From an uncultured Candidatus Saccharibacteria bacterium (GTDB lineage: Bacteria > Patescibacteriota > Minisyncoccia > Phycocordibacterales > UBA9973), in contig CAZXCN010000001.1 of assembly GCA_964639185.1 (NCBI GenBank), positions 38,626-102,625 on the forward strand: 64,000 nt of DNA. Reading direction: 5' to 3'. The position numbers and the translations under genes are program-made. Below the pieces are notes generated by a model, which made no database searches, had not been told where the DNA came from, and saw nothing but the letters and a program-made list of their open reading frames with translations. This document shows, piece after piece, positions 56,815 through 64,000 of this stretch (positions are counted from its first letter, which is position 1; each line of letters opens with the position of its first letter).

Positions 56815-58533
56815 TTAGGCTTCGTAGAAGTCTACAACACTAGCCACTTCTTCGTACGATGTGATACCTGTTAGGATTTTTACCACACCATCTTCTTTCA
56901 TATTTAGTATGCCTTGGTTTGCGGCTACTTCACGGATCTCGCGTTCGCTTGGGTTTTTTGGGATGATGGCTTCTATGTTGGCATCATTTTGTATTGCTTC
57001 AAATAATCCCATACGGCCCTTGTATCCAGTATTGTTACATTGTTCGCAACCGGAAGCCTCGTATAATTTAATACCAGCTTCAATATCTACACCATAATCC
57101 TTTATATCTTTGTTATGAGTTTTAGCTTCGGCAATAATAGCATTTATTATTTTTAACTCTTCTTCGTTTACTTGTTTTTCCTTTTTGCAATTTACGCATA
57201 GCTTGCGTACAAGACGCTGAGCAATGGAGAGTGAAAGTGCAGAAACCAATATCTTTGGATTTACATCTAGGTCGATAAGGCGGGGGATCACACCAGCTGC
57301 ATTGTTGGTATGAAGGGTTGAGAACACTAGGTGGCCAGTAAGTGCTGATTCGACAGCTATCTTTGCTGTCTCTGCGTCACGGATTTCACCCACCATGATT
57401 ACATCTGGGTCTTGGCGTAGTGATGAACGTAAGCCTTCGAGGAATGTATAACCTTTTTCATCACTTGTTTGAGTTTGAGTAATACCAGGCAAGTGGTATT
57501 CGATAGGGTCTTCGATTGTGATGATTTTTATTTCAGTTGAATATATTCTTTGCAAGAATGCATAGAGTGTTGTTGTCTTACCACTACCTGTTGGACCAGT
57601 TAGGAGTATCATGCCATTTGGCTTTTTTATTTCACGCATGAATACTTCGTATAATTTGGGTTCGATACCCATATCCTCAAGTTTTACACGGATAGATTTT
57701 GGATTTAATATACGCATTACCACGCCCTCGCCATATGCACCAGGTATTAGTGATACACGCACACTTATTTCTTCCTCGTTAAGGATTATACTGAATCGTC
57801 CGTCTTGTGCTGTGCGTTCAGTACTTATCTTTACGCCTGATAATATTTTAATACGTGAATTTAGAAAGCGATGTATTTCATGAGGTATATCGATCACTTC
57901 TTGGAGTACACCATCGAGTCGGTATCGGAGTCTAACAGTAGCTTCCTCTGGTTCAAAGTGTATATCTGAAGCATCAATAGCAATAGCACCAGCTAGTATT
58001 ACTTCGAGTATGTGTGATGTAGTGTGAACTTTATCTTTCTCGACTTCTTCTATTTTTTTCTTTACATCGACTAAGCTTTTTATATCTTTACCTATCTCGC
58101 TTAGGACTTCACCAGATATGTCTATGCTACCAGCATGAGATTGTTCAGCATAAGACATTTCTTTGTACCTATCCCAAGCTTTAGTCAGGCTCGCAAGTGA
58201 AGCCATATAGAAGTGGGGAATAAAACCATGGTTTTTGAAATATTCAGTTAGTTTTGTTAAGTGTTCAGGTATGGGTGATCGTACTGCTACATGTAGTTCG
58301 TGCCCGAGCACCTTAAAAGGGGCTACTTGTTCTTCCAAAGCATCTTTTTCTTTCATTGCACGTAAAGCATCATTCTCTATTGGAAGGTTAGCTAGGTTGA
58401 TATGAGGGATATTGTACTTGCTTTCGGCAAGCATAGCCACTAACTCCTCCTCTTCATCTTTTCTTAAATCTTGAAGCTCTTTTTCACTCTTATCGTCATC
58501 AAATTGAATTGTCATAATGGCCTTATTATACAA
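56815..58533 (-). CDS. Type II secretion / type IV pilus assembly ATPase (GspE/PilB family)
   Basis: N-terminal GspII-type domain, Walker A LLTGPTGSGKTTTL, Asp/His boxes, and C-terminal tetra-Cys zinc motif CVNC...CEQCNNTGYKGR. 572 aa. Confidence 0.9.
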   Translation of the reverse strand: MYNKAIMTIQFDDDKSEKELQDLRKDEEEELVAMLAESKYNIPHINLANLPIENDALRAMKEKDALEEQVAPFKVLGHELHVAVRSPIPEHLTKLTEYFKNHGFIPHFYMASLASLTKAWDRYKEMSYAEQSHAGSIDISGEVLSEIGKDIKSLVDVKKKIEEVEKDKVHTTSHILEVILAGAIAIDASDIHFEPEEATVRLRYRLDGVLQEVIDIPHEIHRFLNSRIKILSGVKISTERTAQDGRFSIILNEEEISVRVSLIPGAYGEGVVMRILNPKSIRVKLEDMGIEPKLYEVFMREIKKPNGMILLTGPTGSGKTTTLYAFLQRIYSTEIKIITIEDPIEYHLPGITQTQTSDEKGYTFLEGLRSSLRQDPDVIMVGEIRDAETAKIAVESALTGHLVFSTLHTNNAAGVIPRLIDLDVNPKILVSALSLSIAQRLVRKLCVNCKKEKQVNEEELKIINAIIAEAKTHNKDIKDYGVDIEAGIKLYEASGCEQCNNTGYKGRMGLFEAIQNDANIEAIIPKNPSEREIREVAANQGILNMKEDGVVKILTGITSYEEVASVVDFYEA

Positions 58534-58555
58534 TATTATATTACTTTTTTAGTAC

Positions 58556-58583
58556 TTGACAAATCCTGTAGATTTGATATAAT
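58556..58583 (+). promoter_or_regulatory. Sigma70-like promoter: TTGACA - 16 nt - TATAAT upstream of the 58668 gene
   Basis: Exact consensus -35 and -10 hexamers with 16-nt spacing, about 85 nt upstream of the ATG. Confidence 0.55.
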
Positions 58584-58667
58584 GTAATAGAAAGTTATTC
58601 TATTATTTGTATTGGTGAAGACCACGATTTTTTCGCTGTTTTTGCCAATATAAATAACAGATTAATC

Positions 58668-59843
58668 ATGAAAACAAATAAGAAGATCTTTGCAATTATG
58701 GCGCTCGCCCTTATGGGGTTAGTAGCACCAACAAAACTCAAAGCACAAGACGCAAAAACAAAAGCTGATAATGGACAATGGTTCCATTTTGATTCTAAGG
58801 AGTACATTGTGATAATGGACGATGTTAATGACATTGCACTATTGTCTGACCAAGGTAACTTAGTTAATGGAAAATTATACAAGACTCGTTCTGGTATGAA
58901 ATTCTATACAAAGTACTCTGAGCAATGGAGAGCCAGAATGTTGGCTATCCTGACCAAAGTTACAGGAAGTCCCGTAACATCACTTGTAACTGGTTTTTCT
59001 GGAGCAAGTATTTTGCCCTGGGATCAAAACATTACTATTAAAACTAAAAACTACTACATAAATAATGGAGTAGAGGGTTTCAATAGAAACTTTACTGGTG
59101 GTACTGGAATTAGAACTGTAGTGGTCAATGGGTATCCTGTTTTAAAGGTTGCAGAACCTTGTTTTAACCCAAATGATCCAGAGGTTGAAAAAACAGAACC
59201 TGTTTTTGTAACTAAACCTAATGTTCCTAGCGCTGTTCCTCCACATGTTGTACCTGCTCCAAGAGATACTATAAAGCAAGTAGTACAACAAGTTTGTCCA
59301 TGTAGCACGTATGTTGCATGTACAAATTGTTTTGAAAGTTATCCTGTTAGTTCTGTGAGTGGACTATCCTTCAATCAATACTATCAGTTGAATTCCATGA
59401 GTCATGGTCAATTGCCAACAAGTAGTAATGATCGTTATGGTTCATTCCACGGTCCATATGGAAATATGTACACATCGATAGGCCAAACACCTGGGTATCA
59501 GAATGCAGTTTATTCTGCAACTTCTGGTCAACAGATGATATGGGCTTACGCAGGGTATTCTTCGCCACAATGTTGTGTTCAACAAGTGGCTGTGAATCCT
59601 TGCCCATGCGGACAAGCTATTCAACCTTGTCCATGTGCACAACAACCTGCACCTGCACCAGCATCTGCACCTACGGTTAAGCCAAAACGTAGATGTGGTG
59701 GATGGATTGTTGCTGGTGTTATTGCTACAGGAGTAATTGTGTATGCAATATTAACAGGTAAAAAAACAGATCAAAATTCTGGTGGACCTGGAACACAAGG
59801 TGGAGTTTTACCCACTGGTGGACCTGGAACACAAGGTGGCTAA
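58668..59843 (+). CDS. Secreted Cys-rich protein with CPC motifs, C-terminal TM anchor and tandem GGPGTQGG tail
   Basis: Signal peptide (IFAIMALALMGLVAPTKLKA-QD). Motifs CPCSTYVACTNC and NPCPCGQAIQPCPCAQ. C-terminal hydrophobic helix. A 23-nt tandem repeat encodes GGPGTQGG x2. Confidence 0.5.
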   Translation: MKTNKKIFAIMALALMGLVAPTKLKAQDAKTKADNGQWFHFDSKEYIVIMDDVNDIALLSDQGNLVNGKLYKTRSGMKFYTKYSEQWRARMLAILTKVTGSPVTSLVTGFSGASILPWDQNITIKTKNYYINNGVEGFNRNFTGGTGIRTVVVNGYPVLKVAEPCFNPNDPEVEKTEPVFVTKPNVPSAVPPHVVPAPRDTIKQVVQQVCPCSTYVACTNCFESYPVSSVSGLSFNQYYQLNSMSHGQLPTSSNDRYGSFHGPYGNMYTSIGQTPGYQNAVYSATSGQQMIWAYAGYSSPQCCVQQVAVNPCPCGQAIQPCPCAQQPAPAPASAPTVKPKRRCGGWIVAGVIATGVIVYAILTGKKTDQNSGGPGTQGGVLPTGGPGTQGG

Positions 59844-59872
59844 CAGTAGTTAACTTTGAGTAAAAAATTTTC

Positions 59873-59917
59873 GGTGAAGCTTCGTCATGTATATGACAAA
59901 AGCTTCACCACTTTTTT
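59873..59917 (+). terminator. Compound terminator hairpin (GGTGAAGCTT ... AAGCTTCACC with nested GTCAT..ATGAC, then T-run)
   Basis: 10-bp outer stem, nested palindrome in the loop, followed by CTTTTTT. Confidence 0.65.
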
Positions 59918-59999
59918 AAGTCTTGAACCGAAAAGTCGTCGTGTTAAAGATTTAAAATTGTAAACCTATCCACCTTTGGTGGATTAATTAAAAAAAATT

Positions 60000-62594
60000 A
60001 TGAATAAAATTATTAAAAAAGTCGTATTTATTTTCGCATTCGCAATGCTGTTTACAGCACCGACTGCTTTTGCTGCACCTTTTAATACAGATCCACAAGA
60101 TTGTGCAACAGGAGCTATTGGTAATGCTACTACTAATACAGGAGTTCCTACTTCTTGGGCGATGAGTTGTCAGAATTGGAATTTAACAAGTGTTCCAGCT
60201 AGTGCTGGTGACACTATCAAGGTCCATGTTTATTTCCACAACACAAGTTCAAATCCTGCCACTAATGTAACAATTAGACTAAGTCAGTCACCTTCAAGTG
60301 GAGCTTCAAACAACTTTAACTTTGCTGGTGTTCTGGGTTCAGACCAAGGTTCAATACCATTTAACCTAAGTACTAATATTTCTACTTCTCAGACACTCAG
60401 TGTTGTAAGTGCAACATTAGCAAAAACTCAGGCAAATTTATCTAACCCAACATCTGTGTCAGCTTCACAAATAATGTCTAGTGGTCTAAATATTGGTACT
60501 GTTGGTACAGGCTGGGCAAACCAAGGTGACCTTGTTGTTACATTCCGTGTGGGTAATACTGTTGTAAACAACTGTACGCTTACCAGCTTTCAAGCAAATC
60601 CAACATCTATAAATTCAGGTGGCTCAACAACACTTTCTTGGACAAGCACTGGCTGTACATCGGTAACTATCCCAGGAGTTGGAACATTTACAAATACAAA
60701 TAGTAACACAACAGTGTCACCAAGTAACACGACGACATATTCAGCAACAGGTGGCCCAAGTGGTAACACTCTATCTACAACAGTATCAGTTAACTCTGTA
60801 TCTGCTTGTTACATCACATCATTCTCTGCATCACCTACATACATAAATTCTGGCCAATCAAGTACTCTATACTGGTCTACAACTGGTGCAACAAATGTGA
60901 CTATTAGTTCTCTTGGTACATTTGGCCCAACAGATAGCCGTGTGGTTTACCCAACAAGTACAACTACATATACACTAACAGCTAACTGTATTAACGGAAC
61001 AACAGCAGTGCAAACAGTAATAGTTACAGTAAATGGTAATAATAATGGAACTAATCCATCTGTTCGTACAGATTCACCAACAGGTGTTGATGAGGAGAGT
61101 GCTACACTTCGTGGATATGCCAATGGTAACGGTAGCTTGATCGATGCATGGCTCGAATTTCCATGTCGTGGTACACGGTATGATTATACGTATGGTGTAT
61201 CAAACACAAACTTGTCTTACAATATTTCTTCTTTGTCACCGAATACAACATACTATTATTGTGCAGCTGCGCAGAATTCATATTCCGGACAAATAATTCG
61301 TGGTAGGGAAGTTTCATTTAGAACTGATGACAACAACAATAATAATAATAACCTAGATGTAACTACAAATCCTGCAACAAGTATTGGCAAGACATATGCA
61401 ACAATCAATGGTTATGTAGATGGTAATGGTAATAGTACAACAACATGGTTCCGTTATGGTACAAGTACTGGAGCAATGACAATGTACACAAGTACAGTAA
61501 ACAATGGTAGTGGTGCAGGTAATACGTCTGCGTATCTTTCGAACCTCGCTCCTAACACAACATATTACTTCCAAGCAGTAGCAAATAATTCTGCAAGTGG
61601 AACTGTAAATGGAAATATAAAAAACTTTAACACAGATGCCTCTGTTATTAACAACAGTTCAACGAGCGTAGTCACAACTATTGCAACAAATGTATCAAGG
61701 AATAATGCAACATTAAATGGTATTTTGCTAGATACTTCGAATTTATCAACAAATGTTTATTTTGAATACGGTACTACTGTTAACTTGGGTGCCCGTACAA
61801 ATTCAAAGAACTTGGGTTCAGGAACTTCATTACCATTTAACGAATATATCTCGAACCTTGCTCCGAATACTATCTACTTCTTCCGCGCAATGGCAAATAA
61901 TAGTAACGGTACGGTAATGGGGAATATTGAAATATTCCGCACACCAGGTACAGCGGTAACACCAACACCACCAGTGAACCCACCGCAAGTTGACTCAAAA
62001 ATAATGTTAAAGATCGAGAACCGTTATCAGTTCGTATCAGTTGGTGACACTATCGACTATACAATTACTTATCAGAACATCAGTAAGACAAAGATCACAA
62101 AGCCACTATTGCAAGTAATAGTTCCACGTTATGTAGCATACTTGAATTCTTCACGCGGTACATTTGCAGTCGAGACAAACACACTCAATGTACAAGTAGA
62201 GGATTTGGCCCCAGGTGCAGGCGGAGTAGTATACCTACAAGGTCGTGTACTGTCACTGCCGGAGAATAATGCAGACATAGTAACAACAGCATACATTGCT
62301 TATACTAACGGATCAGGTGCGCAAGATTCTGCAATGGCATATGTACTGAACACTCCAAGAGCAGTCAACAACCTAACTGCATCAGCATTTGGTGCTGGGT
62401 TCTTCCCAAGTTCACTTTGTGGATGGTTGCTATGGGTTGTGATAATACTACTTATACTATGGGCATTACGTGAAATATTCCGTAGTCGTAATATGAGAAA
62501 TAATTATTATTACAATAATGCACAAGCAGTACCACCACGACCTATTAATGCAAACCCAGCACATACAGATTCGCAGGGTGTACCGCATACTTAA
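60000..62594 (+). CDS. Cell-surface protein: signal peptide, two Ig/PKD-like modules, three FN3-like repeats, DUF11/CARDB-like domain, C-terminal TM anchor and N/Y-rich tail
   Basis: Signal peptide (VVFIFAFAMLFTAPTAFA-AP). Repeated ~95-aa units with ATLNG[YI]..GNG....WFEYGT....LS.L.PNT.YYF.A.A.N. Segment DTIDYTITYQNIS...LQVIVP matches the DUF11 conserved-repeat pattern. TM LCGWLLWVVIILLILWAL. Confidence 0.6.
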   Translation: MNKIIKKVVFIFAFAMLFTAPTAFAAPFNTDPQDCATGAIGNATTNTGVPTSWAMSCQNWNLTSVPASAGDTIKVHVYFHNTSSNPATNVTIRLSQSPSSGASNNFNFAGVLGSDQGSIPFNLSTNISTSQTLSVVSATLAKTQANLSNPTSVSASQIMSSGLNIGTVGTGWANQGDLVVTFRVGNTVVNNCTLTSFQANPTSINSGGSTTLSWTSTGCTSVTIPGVGTFTNTNSNTTVSPSNTTTYSATGGPSGNTLSTTVSVNSVSACYITSFSASPTYINSGQSSTLYWSTTGATNVTISSLGTFGPTDSRVVYPTSTTTYTLTANCINGTTAVQTVIVTVNGNNNGTNPSVRTDSPTGVDEESATLRGYANGNGSLIDAWLEFPCRGTRYDYTYGVSNTNLSYNISSLSPNTTYYYCAAAQNSYSGQIIRGREVSFRTDDNNNNNNNLDVTTNPATSIGKTYATINGYVDGNGNSTTTWFRYGTSTGAMTMYTSTVNNGSGAGNTSAYLSNLAPNTTYYFQAVANNSASGTVNGNIKNFNTDASVINNSSTSVVTTIATNVSRNNATLNGILLDTSNLSTNVYFEYGTTVNLGARTNSKNLGSGTSLPFNEYISNLAPNTIYFFRAMANNSNGTVMGNIEIFRTPGTAVTPTPPVNPPQVDSKIMLKIENRYQFVSVGDTIDYTITYQNISKTKITKPLLQVIVPRYVAYLNSSRGTFAVETNTLNVQVEDLAPGAGGVVYLQGRVLSLPENNADIVTTAYIAYTNGSGAQDSAMAYVLNTPRAVNNLTASAFGAGFFPSSLCGWLLWVVIILLILWALREIFRSRNMRNNYYYNNAQAVPPRPINANPAHTDSQGVPHT

Positions 62595-62615
62595 TATCTC
62601 CGATGTAAGATAAAC

Positions 62616-62645
62616 AAAAACCCTCTTTTAAAGAGGGTTTTTGTT
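62616..62645 (+). terminator. Terminator hairpin (AAAAACCCTCTTT..AAGAGGGTTTTT)
   Basis: Perfect inverted repeat plus T-run after the surface-protein gene. Confidence 0.7.
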
Positions 62646-62671
62646 TATGTGTGTAAATATTGATTTGATGC

Positions 62672-63628
62672 ATGTGTGTGGTAGTATTTAGAAAACAAAA
62701 AAATATGAAAAAGCAAATATATGTCCGAAAAATGGAACTAAAATCTTTTTTTGTTCCTGTGATTGTTTTGGCTGTTTTAATATTATTTATACCATTTCGT
62801 ATAGAACATCACACTTTAAAAACTACACAATATATTTTTGGTGGTTTAATGAGTGCTGTTTTTTTAATGCGTTTTGTTGATATAACAATGCCAAATCACC
62901 ACATAAATTTTAAGTTGATCGACTACATACTGACTCCAGTAATTCTTGTCCTTTCATTTTGCATATTAATACCTATTGGAATTATTGCAATTATTATTGG
63001 ATACTTCTTTCCTCGAAGCTGGACATTTGTTGGCTGGCTCGTATCTACTATTGTTCTTTTTACTATAGGAATAAGACTGAGGTATTCAGGCAAGATACCT
63101 AATTTTACTCAACGTAATTATATTATGATCGCGAACCATTCATCGTGGATTGATTATTTCTTGATAGTTCATATTATGGGCTTTCGTGGTAAATACAAAA
63201 TATTTTACGGTACAAATTTACGCAAATATAAAATCTGGAATCCATTTTTGGATAGACATGGTATTGGAGTAAATCGTAAGAGTAAAATATCTCAAGGACG
63301 TGCCCATTTGCAAATGGAAAAAGATTTGAAAGATGGATACTCTATTGCTATTTTCCCTGAAGGTACACGAATGCGCTCATACGAAAAGGAACAAAAATTA
63401 CTTCCTTTTAAAGAGGGTACATTTACTACCGCAGTCAAATTTAATCTAGAGATAGTACCAATTGTTTTTGATTGGCCGATACTTTATTCGGCTCCTGATA
63501 AACCTTGGTTATTATCACCACACACAATCAAAGCAACTGTGTTACCTCGCTTGGTAACAAATAATCATGATGCTGAAAAAGTTATGGAACATGCTCATAA
63601 AGTAATGCTTCATGAGCTAAAGAATTAA
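62672..63628 (+). CDS. Membrane-bound 1-acyl-sn-glycerol-3-phosphate acyltransferase-like (PlsC/LPLAT family) with N-terminal TM region
   Basis: H(X)4D motif NHSSWID and FPEGTR motif of the lysophospholipid acyltransferase family. N-terminal three hydrophobic helices. True start may be Met at 62705. Confidence 0.65.
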   Translation: MCVVVFRKQKNMKKQIYVRKMELKSFFVPVIVLAVLILFIPFRIEHHTLKTTQYIFGGLMSAVFLMRFVDITMPNHHINFKLIDYILTPVILVLSFCILIPIGIIAIIIGYFFPRSWTFVGWLVSTIVLFTIGIRLRYSGKIPNFTQRNYIMIANHSSWIDYFLIVHIMGFRGKYKIFYGTNLRKYKIWNPFLDRHGIGVNRKSKISQGRAHLQMEKDLKDGYSIAIFPEGTRMRSYEKEQKLLPFKEGTFTTAVKFNLEIVPIVFDWPILYSAPDKPWLLSPHTIKATVLPRLVTNNHDAEKVMEHAHKVMLHELKN

Positions 63629-63702
63629 AATTATTTTTTGAATCAAAGGCAGGCCTACGGGACTGCCTTTTTTTATACCTGAAATGCTATAATAGGGGGT
63701 AT

Positions 63703-64000
63703 ATGGCAAAAATGAAAGATAATAAAAAGAGGCTGGTATTACTGGATGTGCATGCCATTATTCACCGCGCCTATCATGCATTGCCTGACTTTATGGCAAG
63801 CTCTGGCGAGCCTACAGGGGCCTTGTATGGCCTGGCTACTATGCTTATGAAGATAGTCTCTGAATTGTCACCTGATTATATCGTGGCTTGCTATGACTTA
63901 CCAAAGAAGACTTTTCGCCACGAAGCTTATGATGCATACAAAGCCGGCCGAGCAAAGACCGATGATTCATTGGTTGCCCAGCTTATAAAATCCCGCGAAG
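63703..64000 (+). CDS. polA: DNA polymerase I, N-terminal 5'-3' exonuclease domain (3' end beyond window)
   Basis: LVLLDVHAIIHRAYHALP...GEPTGALYGL matches the PolA/FEN N-terminus. TATAAT at 63687-63692 upstream. Frame open to the window end. Confidence 0.8.
   Translation, partial: MAKMKDNKKRLVLLDVHAIIHRAYHALPDFMASSGEPTGALYGLATMLMKIVSELSPDYIVACYDLPKKTFRHEAYDAYKAGRAKTDDSLVAQLIKSRE

Noticed and set aside
1-64000. Alternative genetic code (TGA as Gly or Trp, codes 25 or 4)
   Set aside because: All conserved long genes (pnp 707 aa, PBP 843 aa, glmS, uvrD, VirB4 body) are intact under the standard code. Trp is encoded by TGG where checked. The splits I found are at TAA, not TGA. Standard code 11 fits. 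The absence of TGA stops is reported separately as a finding.

Overview
This window is AT-rich (roughly one-third GC), compact, and carries about 60 genes with no rRNA, tRNA, CRISPR array or IS element recognisable by eye. Taxonomic assignment is inference only: the short YidC, type IV pilus/T4SS components, many large secreted low-complexity proteins and a reduced core gene set suggest a small-genome bacterium, possibly of the Candidate Phyla Radiation / Patescibacteria type.

Housekeeping genes present are a CCA-enzyme C-terminal portion, xthA, a Xer recombinase, rpsO, tdh and kbl, glmS, pnp, comM/yifB, uvrD/pcrA, rsmA, tyrS, ruvC and ruvB, a class A PBP, plsC-like, and the polA 5' end. The replication-origin neighbourhood is canonical: rpmH-rnpA-yidD-yidC-jag on the minus strand, diverging from dnaA and dnaN, with DnaA boxes and an AT-rich tract between dnaA and dnaN.

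The most interesting parts of the window are these:
- **T4SS-like island (~28.9-44.4 kb):** a co-directional island of large secreted and membrane proteins built around a type IV secretion-like core. It has a PrgI/VirB3-like protein, a VirB4 ATPase interrupted by a single in-frame TAA, a VirB6-like polytopic protein, and a secreted protein carrying a VirB2/TrbC-like hydrophobic hairpin. No coupling protein or relaxase is present.
- **ORFan cluster (20.3-25.7 kb):** three K/E-rich proteins, one with DHH phosphoesterase motifs, two sharing an identical 25-nt segment.
- **GC-rich palindrome repeats (55.5-56.8 kb):** three copies of a ~30-bp repeat with an 18-bp perfect palindrome core and compensatory substitutions. 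They bracket a GNAT acetyltransferase and a short PaaX-like regulator next to an orphan pilB/gspE ATPase.
- **Stop codon usage:** no CDS inspected here ends in TGA; all end in TAA or TAG.
- **Surface proteins:** cell-surface proteins with FN3-like repeats and a DUF11-like domain, and a Cys-rich secreted protein, sit next to pilB.

Many rho-independent terminator hairpins are visible; several serve convergent genes in both directions.
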